A stretch of DNA of 64,000 nucleotides, from NCBI RefSeq assembly GCF_009914755.1, contig NC_060942.1; one strand, written 5' to 3'. Position numbers and translations under genes: made by a program. This document shows, piece by piece, positions 39,035-50,812 of this stretch. The DNA is from the human T2T-CHM13v2.0 reference genome, Homo sapiens. A model generated the notes under the pieces. The model did no database searches, had not been told where the DNA came from, and saw only the letters and a program-made list of their open reading frames with translations. Numbering within the stretch: the stretch's first letter is position 1; every line of letters starts with the position of its first letter.

Positions 39035-39059
39035 TCTTAGCAACTAACAGTTGCTAAGA
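39035..39059. repeat. Inverted repeat, 11-bp arms, 3-nt loop
   Basis: TCTTAGCAACT-aac-AGTTGCTAAGA. Confidence 0.9.
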
Positions 39060-39141
39060 ACTGATGACACTTTTACTATGATGATGTCAAATTGGAGACT
39101 GACGATGTGCATTTTGGCATTACATAAATTATTCTTAATAA

Positions 39142-39478
<337 letters not shown>

Positions 39479-40443
39479 TAAATGTACTTTTTACCTTTCA
39501 GTATATATACTTAATTGAGTCTTTATTGGAAATTGTTTCTTAGGCTGGAGTTTTCTACCATCCCTGTGACCCCCCCAACTCTCAGTGTCTTCTATCCTTC
39601 AGTTAGAAAGGAGATGGCTAAATGCTATCTGATAGTTTCTGTCTGTGCTACCCAAACTTCATGTCTCTGATCATTGCCAGTCATTTATTTGCAGGGAGAA
39701 GGCTTAGCCATGTTGTTTTTTAAGCTGAATTGTAGCTTTGAGAAACAATGATGTAAGATTTTATTTTTCTCTACAAAGTGGCATCTCCAGAGACTAGCAT
39801 TCCCCAGATAGCTTCCAAAAAACATGAGTGTGTTTGATTAGTGTTACTTGAAGTACGAACAACATATTCAGAATTCCTTGGTCATGTATTTTAGCAAATA
39901 AGTTTAGTCCCCAAGCATTTCATTTATTTTGCGTGTTACTTGTATTATTTAATTATTGTTATATTTCCTTACTTGTTCCTTTCCCTGTATTTGAAATCAT
40001 TATTTCCTCCCTAATTTTCAGATCTCATCTGTTCCTCAGCTCTCAAATTACCCTGCTAATTTTAAAATATCTTCCTTTTCACACAGAACTATGAAGTGGC
40101 CTATAAAGAAACATTAAGAGTATATTCTCTTTCTCTGTGGGCTACTGAGAATTGGAAATTCTAGAAGCCATGGGATTTTAAAGAGTCTTCTGTTAACTTG
40201 AGTTATTTTTATTTTATTCTCTACAGACTTTATTGTGTCAAATGGGAAAAACAACTAGCTTAAATGAATCTCTTGAGACTTTGATTGATTATTGGTAATA
40301 ATAGCTTATAAAAAGATTACTTTCCATCAGATGCCATTTTGAACAGATTTGTACTTTTTTCTGTGACTGTAATAGCTTGGTAAAAGAGAAGGTCAAACTT
40401 AAGAAATATAGAAGCAGCAGCTTAGTCATAACACTGTAGTATT

Positions 40444-40625
40444 ATGGTACTACCATAATGGTAATACCAAAATGGTACTACCATAATGGTAATACCAATA
40501 TGGTAGTACCATAATGGTAATACCAATATGGTACTACCATAATGGTAATACCAATATGGTACTACCATAATGGTAATACCAATATGGTACTACCATAATG
40601 GTAATACCAATATGGTACTACCATA
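40444..40625. repeat. Minisatellite, 28-bp unit x 6.5
   Basis: Unit ATGGTACTACCATAATGGTAATACCAAT starts at 40444, 40472, 40500, 40528, 40556, 40584 and 40612 (partial), with only two substitutions across the array. Confidence 0.97.
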
Positions 40626-41377
40626 TTACCATACTAGTAATATGGTAGTAAACAAATGTACTTTGCAAACAATTTCTAGAAAACTGATAATTCTGTCTAG
40701 AAAGATCAATATTTCACCTATATTTCCTTTTCTGCTTTCATCTTTGAGGTGATTTCCCTTATATTTTGTTCTTTGTTTATTGACTGTACACTTACAATCA
40801 GGCTTATTTGAGGACATTGCAGCTGGAACTTATGAATCTTCTTCAGTGTCCATTTTTGTAATCAAGGAAGCAGTCATTCCTCAGTGGGAGCCAATGTGGC
40901 AGGGGTAATAGTTATTTCACTCCGTGTGAATATCATGGACTGTTCTTTCCTGCCCAGTGTACTCACAAATCATGTGACTGTGGTCCCTGTGGGTATGAGC
41001 CAACCAAGGACAGATGTGTCAGTATATATACCTTTCTTCTACAAGTAAGTTTGATAGAATTGTGGCATCAAAAGAGTCAATTTTACTATAATAAATTATA
41101 GTTTAAATTGTTAAAAGTAAGTATGTTTATCTTCCTAACAAATGTTATTAGAAAATCTACTATTTGCCAAGATCAGGGTTCAAGTACCAAGGGAGGAGTT
41201 ACCAGCTTTGCTTTTCTGCTTTTACAGTGTATTCCTAACAGCTAGGATTCTCTGAAAATAGCTGTTGATACAGTGATAGAAATAATATTACTTTCAAATA
41301 TTCATCAGCTTTAACTTAGAACCGCAGTGTTCTTGGTCTAGCTTAAATCTCACCTCTACCAATAAGCCTTTCCTGAA

Positions 41378-41718
41378 TGATATGGTTTGGCTGTGTCCCC
41401 ATCAAAATCTCATTTTGAATTCCCACATGTTGTGGGAGGTAATTGAATCATGGAGGCAAGTCTTTTCTGTGCTGTTCTCATGATAATGAATAAGTCTCAT
41501 GAGATCTGATGATTATAAAAAGGGGAGTTTCCCTGCACAAGCTCTCTCTTTTGTCTGCTGCCATCCACGTAAGATGTGACTCACTCCTCCTTGCCTTCCA
41601 CCATGATTGTGAGGCCTCCCCAGCCATGTGGAACTGTAAGTCCATTAAACCTCTTGCTTTTGTAAATTACCCAGTCTTAGGTATGTCTTTATCAGCAGTG
41701 TGAAAACAGACTAATATA
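41378..41718 (+). mobile_element. THE1 (THE1A-like) MaLR solo LTR
   Basis: TGATATGGTTTGGCTGTGTCCCC...GCTGCCATCCACGTAAGATGTGAC...GGAACTGTAAGTCC...AGCAGTGTGAAAACAGACTAATATA. 5-bp TSD CTGAA/CTGAC. Confidence 0.95.
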
Positions 41719-43859
41719 CTGACCAAACCTTTTAAGCAATTTTTCAAAGAGGATGAGATGGTTTTTATTTGGGCAGCATCTCCTGGCTAGAAGGAGAATT
41801 TTTCACAGTTATCATAAGTGCTCATTGTCAATTTATTATCTCTACTTTTCAAATACAAAAAGAAAGTCAGGCTCCAAAAGGCTAAGTAGCTGATTCCTCT
41901 ACATGCAGCTAGTTAGTTACCCAAAGTTAGAAAACCAATCCCTGAGCTGCAAACTCCATGCCCTTTCTACCGTATCAAGTCACCTCTCAAGGCCCTCCCC
42001 TTAACCTGACCTAATCTGAGGCACTTGAGGGCAGTGATGTGTTTTTTCCTCTCACAAGAGGACTCCCGTGTTTGGAGAACCTTAGAGTAGTTGCTACCTT
42101 CCCACTTCTAGTGCAATCTGAATATAAAATGATACCATGAGGCCCAAGGAAGGGCAGAAGGACTGAGAATGTGGGTGTCTCTGCACAATAGATGTATGAA
42201 AACAAGTGTCTCCACAGACTTACCTGCATTTTCACTTAGCTCTTGGTCAGTTTCTTCAAATCTAGCTTTCTCTCTGGATATCTTTTACACAGAATGAAAT
42301 ATGAATGAACATATATGTGTGTATATACACACACATACGTATTCTTAGAATATGAATATATATGTGGGTGTGTATATACATGTGATATACATACATCCAT
42401 CTTCTGGAATTCTTCTGGTTTACTCAAATACTCATAACCTTCATTAACTAAAATCCCTCCTCTGAGAAATTACTTCTCAGAAATGTGATGTATCTCTGTT
42501 CCTTTCTCAGACTTCCATTTAACTTTTAAGCATTCATTTTCACTAATTATTTAACATCCAGATTGTGCCATCTTTAATATCAGGGATTATGTATATTACT
42601 TCTATATTTATATAATTACAATTTGCATTCAAGTATTTTTGATGCTTTGATTATATCTCACATAAATTCCCCTTTTGTATAATTCTGTGAAACCTAACGC
42701 TGAATATTTGTTTTTAAAGAAATTTCTGTTCAATCTATAAACTATGTTCTGAATATGTGTTTTCTTGTTTGTAAAGCCTACTGAGTCCCACTGGGTGAGT
42801 CATAAGGACTGTGCACACTGATTTGTTTGCCAACATGTCTAGAGTCAGATATTAATCCATTGATTCCACAGATTCATGTGGAGCTCCAAGTTTGTCAAGA
42901 CCCCTGTGCTGGACCCTGCTGTTATGAAAGATTCAATCCTGACCAAAGATAAAAACTCACTTATAAATACCTGGGACAGGCTTTGCCCAAATGATGTACA
43001 ATTTTTCTCACAGAAATTTCCACCTGCACATGAAATCTTTGTATATACAAAGACTGGCGAATGTAGTATTTAAATGGCCATATCCATTTCTATTTCTTTT
43101 CTTTTCTTAAACGTATACTTTAAAAGTAACTTAAAGTATGCTGAAATAATGATGAAATCAAGGGCAAAAACATATAATTTTTTTTCATTTTAAAAGCACC
43201 GGGTGTCCTCTGCTCTCCTCTATCAACCCACTTTCATTCCAAACAACATAGTCGGATTGTCTTTAAATATAAATGCTCTCATCCCTAAGGAACAGAGAAC
43301 CAGAGAAAGGCAGCAGAAGGGAACGTGTGCCGAGAAAGGCATTGGTGCCCTAAGGGACAATTTTCATCTCAGGAGAACTGACCTTTCAGAGAAAGCAAAT
43401 TAAATTATCTTTCTCATCCTTTACTTTTGCTGTGACATCATTAAAATGCACGTTACATACCAACACTCATTGTTTTGTATTCATAACCTTAAACTAAAAT
43501 TAATCAGTTGTCACAGGGACTTAACACATTTGTTAATGGTGCCTAGCCAAAAATCTGTATTGTCACAAGAAAAGCAGCTTTATGTGTACACCCTTGAGAA
43601 AACAACAGAGGAGAATTAACTGGTGGACACTGAACATCCCTGTCTCTTGTTCAGAAAATAAGAGTCCTCATTCTCTTCTCCGGTTATTGAATTAGTGCTC
43701 CTGCTTTGATGTTTGACATGAAGTTTAGTACCTTGAGAGCAAGAAATGTTTTTATCTAAGTCTGATTAATGTAGACTAGGTCCTACAAAGTTTAATAAAT
43801 AGATGAATTTAGCTAGTAAGTATTTATTAAGCTCCAATATGGAGCCCAGAGCCTTATCA

Positions 43860-44520
43860 TGGATTCATTCTTCATCATGTATTTATTGAGAATTTAAACT
43901 GGTGAAGATGTATTTATGAGTAACCCCAAGTCATTGCTTTTGAAAAGCTCATAGTCTTGACAGGCAAAATATGAGTAAATAGTTAACCTATGGCATGATG
44001 TCTTAAGTGCTCTAAAGGAAAAGAAAAGCACACTCTCATAGGAGGCGGCCTTGGAAACAAAGGAAGGACCTCTCAAGGGGGTCATCTAAGCTGGATCCTA
44101 CATAGCATGAGTGGGAGCTGGTCTGAGGAAGATGATGTGCTATGCCATGCTGGGCAGAGGAGATAGCACGAGGAGGACCAGAGAGGTGTGCTGTGGTCAG
44201 ATAGCATTCTGGGGACAATTTAAACCACTAGAGAGTGCTAGGGAAGAGTGTGACCTGATCTGATTTGCATTTTAGAATGCTGTCTGGCATCTATGAGATA
44301 TTTATTAAAGGACAGCAACCTCAAAGGAAGAAAGACTAAAATAGTTCACTTTTCTTAGTGTGTCAAATCAAAGACAGTAGCAATGTGGCCTGTATGGAGG
44401 TAGAGAAGATGGAGGTAGGAAGAAGATGTTTAAATTAGTATACCTCAATATATACAGTATATTAAGGAGGAAGAAGATTCAAAGTGGTTGGATGAATGAT
44501 GAGATAGGAAAGGAGCTCAG
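43860..44520 (-). mobile_element. L2 LINE 3' fragment
   Basis: ATTCATTCTTCATCATGTATTTATTGAG...GAGTGTGACCTGATCTGATTTGCATTTTAGAA (antisense L2). Confidence 0.75.
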
Positions 44521-45426
44521 GTATGAGAAAGATGTACCACCCACCCTCCAGTACTTTATATTCTGTTCAAAAAAATACAAGTTGGAAATGTATGCCTTAG
44601 TATATTTAAGCAATTTATTGTTGTATAAGTAGCTGAACTTTGTAATTTGCTAAATATTGTGCAATGTCACTTATTAGCCATGTGGCTGGCAATAGTTATT
44701 TTCTATATTATGACCACTAATGTATAGAAAATACATGGCACTGAGAGATGATCTAAAAATACTAGTAAATATTGCTGTAAAATGAATAGTACAAAATTAG
44801 AAACATAATACTAATTATATGTTAAACAGTTAAAGCAAAATGGTTAATGTATTTAAAGGCAATTTTTTCTCTTATATGCCTCTGAGAAAAAGAATGATTC
44901 TGTTGGTGTAATTAGGAAAGTGAGCAGACATGTATATGCTTCAGAATATCTCTGGGAAATAGATTACTCACCTCCCTAGGTCAATATTTGATCCCTATTA
45001 GTCAATAAGTTCTTTTTTTCTTAATGTCAACAAGAAAAATATTTTACTAACTCATAATGTTCATGATAGGATGTTAATTTTAAAAAGCAGTACAGTTTTG
45101 TATTTTTAGCTTCTGGCAACAGGCACAAAGAATACCCTGTATTTAGCTACATCTGTAATCATGTGTCAATAAAGAATATTATACACTTTTTTCTGAAGAT
45201 AGATATGAAGAGACAAAAAGATGAAAAATATCAAAATGTTAACTGTGGTTAACTGTAGGTGAAACTGCAAGTCAGTTTTAATTTTTTATACATATGACAT
45301 ATTTTTTATTTTTAAATATTTAAAGATTGTGTATATTCAAGGTGTACAATATAATTTTATATAAGTATACATTATGTAATGATTACCATAATCAAGTTAA
45401 TTAGCACACCTTTTACTTCAGAGTTG

Positions 45427-45428
<2 letters not shown>

Positions 45429-45466
<38 letters not shown>
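45429..45466 (+). repeat. (GT)19 microsatellite inside the L1MA9 3' UTR
   Basis: Uninterrupted GT run. Confidence 0.97.
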
Positions 45467-45467
<1 letters not shown>

Positions 45468-45484
45468 GAGGGAATTTAAAATCA

Positions 45485-45512
45485 CTATGTATTACACTAG
45501 TGTAATACATAG
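45485..45512. repeat. Perfect 28-bp palindrome with no loop
   Basis: CTATGTATTACACT|AGTGTAATACATAG. Confidence 0.97.
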
Positions 45513-47338
45513 ATATTACACTACTACACATAGATATTACACTAAGTATCACATTATGTAGAAATTTCATGTATATAATACATTTCTATCAACTATAGTC
45601 ACCATGTTGTACATTAGAACCCCAGAACTTATTCATAACATAACCTGAAGGTTTAACCCTTTGACCAACATCTCCCTATATCTCCCACCGCCAGCCCCTG
45701 ATAACCTCTGTTCTATTCTCTGCTATCAGTTTGACATTTTTTAGACTACACATATGATCATACAGTGTTTGTTTTTCTGTGGCTGCCTTATTTAATTTAG
45801 TATACCGTCCCCCCTAGTATATCCATATTGTCACAAATGGCAAGATTTCCTTCTTCTATAATATTTCATTGTTTTATACACACAGACGTATATACTTATA
45901 TATATATCACATTTTCGTTATTCATCTGTCAATGAACATGTAGATTGTTTCCATATCTTGGCCATTGTGAGTAATACTACAGTGAACATGGGGACATAGA
46001 CATCTCTTCAAGATACTGGTTTCATTTCCTTTGGATATATACCCAGGAGTGGGATTGCTAGATTTTATGGTGGTAGATTTTTTTTTGAGGACCCCCATAC
46101 TGTTTTTAATAATAGCTGTACCAATTTCTATTTCCTCCAACAATGAACCAGGGTTCTCTTTTCTCCACACTTTTACCAACTTAACAGGCATCTTGTCTTT
46201 TGATAATAGCTATCCTAACATGTATTAATATACTCTGTTTTCTCTTCAGATTGCATAAGTCTTTTACCTTTTACTAAGAGGTATAGATGGTGGTTCATTG
46301 TGGTTTTAATTTGCATTTCTCTGATGATTAGTGATGTTGAACAACTTTTCATATACCTGTTGCCAGTTATATGTCTTCTGTGAAAAAATATTTATTTGGG
46401 TCTTTTGCCCCATTTTTAAATCAGGTTGTTTTTTGCTAAGTAGTGTGAGTTCCTTTTGTATTTTAGATATTAACCTCATACCAGATTAATGATTTGCAAA
46501 TATTTTCTCCAATTCTTTAGGTTGCCTTTTAACTCTTCTGATTATTTCCTATGCTATGCAGAAGCTTTTTGGTTTCAGGTAACAGTTCTTGTTGGTTTTA
46601 TGCTTTTGGTGTCACATCCAAAAAGTAATTGCCAAGACCAGTGTAAAAAACCTTTTTCCCTGTTTTCTTCCAGGAGTTTTAGATCTTACATAGTTTTTAA
46701 TTCATGTAAGTTAATTTTTGTATATGGTACAGGATAAGAGCCCAGTTTCTTTTGGCAGGTGTCTGGATATCCAGTTTTTCCAACATCATTTATTAAAGAG
46801 ACTTTCCTTTCTCCCTCATATATTCTTGGTACCCTTGTTAAAGATTAGTTGACCATATATGCATGGGTTTATTGCTAGGCTCTCTATTCTGTTTCATTGG
46901 TTTATGTTTCCATTTTTATGCTAGTATCATACTGCTTTATTATAGCTTCGTATTATAGTTTGAAATCATGGCGTGTGATGCCTCCAGGTTTACTCTTCTC
47001 AAATTGCTTTGGATATTTGTTTTCTATGCGAATCTTAGATTTTTTTTTTCCCATTTTAGTTAAAAATGTCATTGGAATTTTGATAGCAATTGCCACAAAT
47101 CTGTAGATCACTTGGGATAGCGTGGGCATTTTGAAAGTTCTAGTTATTTCAATCCATGAACATGACACATCTTTCAATTCATTTATATCTTCTACAGTTT
47201 ATTTCATCAGTGTCTTGTGCTTTACCGATCCTTCACCTACTTGGCTAAATCTATTCCTAAATATTTTATTATTGTTGATGCTATTATAAATGAAATTTTA
47301 ATTTTTATTCCAATAGTTCATTGTTAGTGTACAAAGGC

Positions 47339-47649
47339 CAATGAAAAGCTGAAAACGTTTCCTCTAAGATCAGAAATAAGACATGGATGTCTACTCTTGC
47401 CATTTCTGTTTAACACAGTACTGAAAGTTTTAGCCTAAGCAATTAGGTAAGAAAAAGAAATAAAGAGCCTCCAAAAATCAGAAAGGAAGAAGTTAAAATA
47501 TCTTTTTCCAGATGACATTTTATATATTAAATTCCTAAAGACTCCACCAAAAAATTATTACAACTAACAAATGGACCTAGTAAAGTTACAGTATACAAAA
47601 TGATCCTTACAAAAATTAGTTGTTTTTCCATTTACTAACAGTAAATTAT
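47339..47649 (+). mobile_element. Inverted L1 ORF2 reverse-transcriptase segment (5'-inverted part of the same L1MA9)
   Basis: Translates EKLKTFPLRSEIRHGCLLLPFLFNTVLKVLA*AIR*EKEIK then FPDD (cf. L1 RT ...[29 protein letters not shown]...FADD). Confidence 0.9.
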
Positions 47650-48669
47650 TTCTTATATCTGACCATAGACCCTCCAGCTTATGTGAACCCTTTTGCTTTT
47701 ACTATATCTGCTCAGATTTCTTCTTGTTCTGCTAAATGTAGTTACTCTCTTTGTAGGGAGCTTTATCAGTAAAATTTTATATAGTATTGTGTTGAGAATA
47801 CGGTTATTTTCTTTGTTTTTCATAACTCTGAAGAACATGCTAGCATATTTCATTGATACTTGCATATGTTTTCTAAATATACCTCAGCTAGTAACTGCTA
47901 TGTACTTGGGAGAAGGGAAAGCAACTTATCTTTACTATTTTTTTCTGAAGTTCTAATTTTTATTTTTTTCTCAGAGAAATAGGTATGAATTTTATTTCAT
48001 GCAACATATTACTCAAGTCAATGTGAGCATCTCTAGTGAAGTCACTGCATATCCTTGGTACACAGAAATCCTTGACCCCATGTTCTAGATGAAAACCTGG
48101 GGAAAAAGGAAGAACCTAGACTGCCTACATCACATAGCTCTTAGATACCCATATTTACTTGATCAAATAATCAGAACATACCTGACCTAGGCAAATTGTT
48201 AATCTGTGTGTGTGTTTTTTTTTAATTCTTATGCTTCCAGCCTCTTCTTTCAAGGGTGACCTTCAGCCAGTCCATGTTTTCCTATATTTTCCTATTCTCT
48301 CATGAAACTTACTCCCAGAAAGGGAGCTTGTCTAACCTAGGTATGTATTTCAGATTATGTAGTACAACTGCCTGGGGGATTTCATTTTAAACCTTTTTCA
48401 TGTTTGTAAAATGGAAGATGTTCCCTATAAAGAAAGGCAGGCACCAGCTAACAGGCAGTGGGGGAATAGTAGAGACCTTTAAATCCGTCCAAAACGGCAC
48501 AGTCTATTCTGCTTCTATCTAAAGCAACTATACATCTAAATAATGACTCAGTTCTTCCCTCCAGCTGTTAATGTTGGTGACCCACAGAGTCAGAATTTAG
48601 AATCCAGTGCAAACTCTGAGGCTACATCCCTCATGGTAGACAATGAGAACATAATGTCTGAGCTATGTG

Positions 48670-48885
48670 ACAAAGCCTGGACTCAGAACCTGGATTTTGG
48701 CTCACTGATTGCAGAGGTACCTTTGGTGATCTACCCTGAGCCTCCGTTGCTTCCTCTTTCTTCAGTATCACTCCTAAGTGTAAGGAGTGTAGTTCCTATT
48801 TCACAGGTTTCCCATAAGGATCAAATGAGCATATGTGGGTTCCCAGCCTGCCATAATGCCCAGATTGCAGGGGATTATTAAGTAT
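48670..48885 (+). mobile_element. MIR fragment
   Basis: CCTGGACTCAGAACCTGGATT...ACCTTTGGTGATCTACCCTGAGCCTCCGTT...TCACAGGTTTCCCATAAGGATCAAATGAG. Confidence 0.6.
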
Positions 48886-49008
48886 CCTTTCTGTTCTGCT
48901 TCTTTCTAAGTCAAAACTTCTAAGCTTTGTCTCTGTTTTCATTTAGCTCATGTCCAGGGTCTCAGTCTCTGAAGCAAGAAACAAGACTCCAGGAGGGTGG
49001 GATGTTTA

Positions 49009-49052
49009 AAAACAAAACAAAACAAAACAAAACAAAACAAAACAAAACAAAC
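49009..49052 (+). repeat. (AAAAC)8 pentanucleotide repeat
   Basis: Perfect AAAAC run at 49009-49048 plus a partial unit. Confidence 0.97.
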
Positions 49053-49815
49053 TATCATGGGCAGCTGCAATTTATAATGACTACAATATGTTATAGCCTT
49101 TCTAGTTATCTGTAATTTATACAGCTGTGATCAGCTCCTGGCTTGCCCAAAGGAAACACACTGATTCAGATACAGATACCTTTATTTTTGAAGTATCCCA
49201 CGTATGTATTTCCTATTCACATCGGTGTCTTTCCAAATCTATGACCTTCAATTTCATCTGGTCTACCGGCATGGCTCTAGCCAGAGCAGCACGTGCACAG
49301 ACCAATCTTCGGTCTAGATTGCACATGATGGAGTGATGAACTGTGATGTAACCCATCTATGAATCTTTCTACCTTTTCACACACAGGTATATATAATATT
49401 AACATGGCTCTACAAATATCATCCCAGAAAGGCTAGCACAAAATCAAAATTGGGGGTCTAGTAATTGCATTCACTCAGAAATAAGAACCACCAGTTATCG
49501 TAATGCTAAGTAACAGATAAGGACTTTCTTTCTAGGCCAGAAGACTCCTTGAGATGGCTTATGATAAAATAACATCAACACTAACTTCTGTTCCATGCAT
49601 TATAACTATAAAATGAAATGGAAAGAAGAAAGCCATCATGAGGCTTTCATTTCAGTTATGTAGATGTGGGGATATTTTTGGTCCAGGATTCACAGATAGA
49701 AAGGATTTACAAGTTAATAAAATGCCTGAATTATCAAATGCAAAGTGCACATGTTTCAAAGGTGAAAAATAATGAAAAGTCCTTCTCACCCATTAGTTCT
49801 CGGTCTGTGGGGCTC

Positions 49816-49818
<3 letters not shown>

Positions 49819-49858
<40 letters not shown>
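49819..49858 (+). repeat. (GT)20 microsatellite
   Basis: Uninterrupted GT run. Confidence 0.97.
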
Positions 49859-49861
<3 letters not shown>

Positions 49862-50812
49862 CTGCATGCACAAGCATGTGCTTTGGGAACCCAGAGTGGC
49901 CAGCTTTTCGCAACCACCATCCTGTAAACATTTGCTTTTCTAAGTCTACCCCACCTCACTGGAATATAATCATTTAAATTATTCAGCATCTAAAAACACT
50001 ATAATGCACGTGGGCCCAGTTGGCGGTTATTTTATGCCTATTAGGCCCTGCAGCCCACAATAAAGAAGGAGGGAGCTGGGCTTCTGCCAGCATCACAATG
50101 ACACATTGTTCACACATCAAAAGCCATACAACAGAGACAGTTGATATTTAACGGGTTCCTGTTTGCATGATGCCACTTTGGTGGTTCATCTCTGAGGTTT
50201 CCTTTGAAGGAAGAGGGAATCAAATGTGTGGAAATGTTGATAGTGAATTTCACCCTTCCCTCTCAAGAGAGCTAAAGGGTATGATTTCCAAAATGTGCCC
50301 ATCTGAAATTTAGATAATGTTTGACTCTTCCTACCCTTCTTGGAGCAGTTTAGCAATGAGACCTCTGTTCAGAGATAGGGGAATATTCACAAAGCTTTAT
50401 TTCTTGGAAAGGACTCTGAGTACTACTCAGTCTGAGCATGCTTATGTTTAATACCTTTTTATGGAAGCAAATTTGCTTTGGGTAATAACAGAATATAGTT
50501 CTGTTATGTGGTTTGCTATCTTTCCCTCAACCAAGGACAGATTTTCAAAATCTCACTGAGAAAAATAAAGCTTGTAAGGAGTTAGGGGAGGAATGTGTAA
50601 TCGAGGTTTCTCTGAATTTCTCCTTGGGTAAAACCAGGCATACTTGAATGCCATTAGAATTTATAACCTTGGGTATGAGATACATTAAGGTCCAGTGTGC
50701 ATGTGTGTGTCCATAGTACGGATACAGTGAATGTTTGAGTATTTACTATCAAGTAGTCATTGATGCACTGCAGTTTATAGAGTAAAATTCATCATTCATA
50801 CAAGTAATATAT

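Larger units (their letters stand above)
45300..47332 (-). mobile_element. L1MA9-like LINE-1: 3' UTR and ORF2 C-terminal part
   Basis: Antisense 3' end TATATTCAAGGTGTACAA...GATTACCATAATCAAGTTAATTA...CTATAGTCACCATGTTGTACATTAGA..CCAGAACTTATTCAT. ORF 46953-47177 (SCSWIE..KMPTLSQVIYRFVAIAIKIPMTFL) is L1 ORF2. Confidence 0.92.

Noticed and set aside
40444-40625. CRISPR-like array (28-bp palindromic repeats)
   Set aside because: The units are directly head-to-tail with no unique spacers, there are no cas genes, and the context is primate DNA. It is a minisatellite.
42461-42481. Short inverted repeats with 8-bp arms (TCTGAGAA-attac-TTCTCAGA; also 54794-54809 and ~34630)
   Set aside because: Arms this short are expected by chance in 64 kb of AT-rich DNA
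45922-47177. ORFs with L1 ORF2 similarity as an active retrotransposon
   Set aside because: Fragmented by stops and frameshifts, 5'-truncated, and from an ancient subfamily
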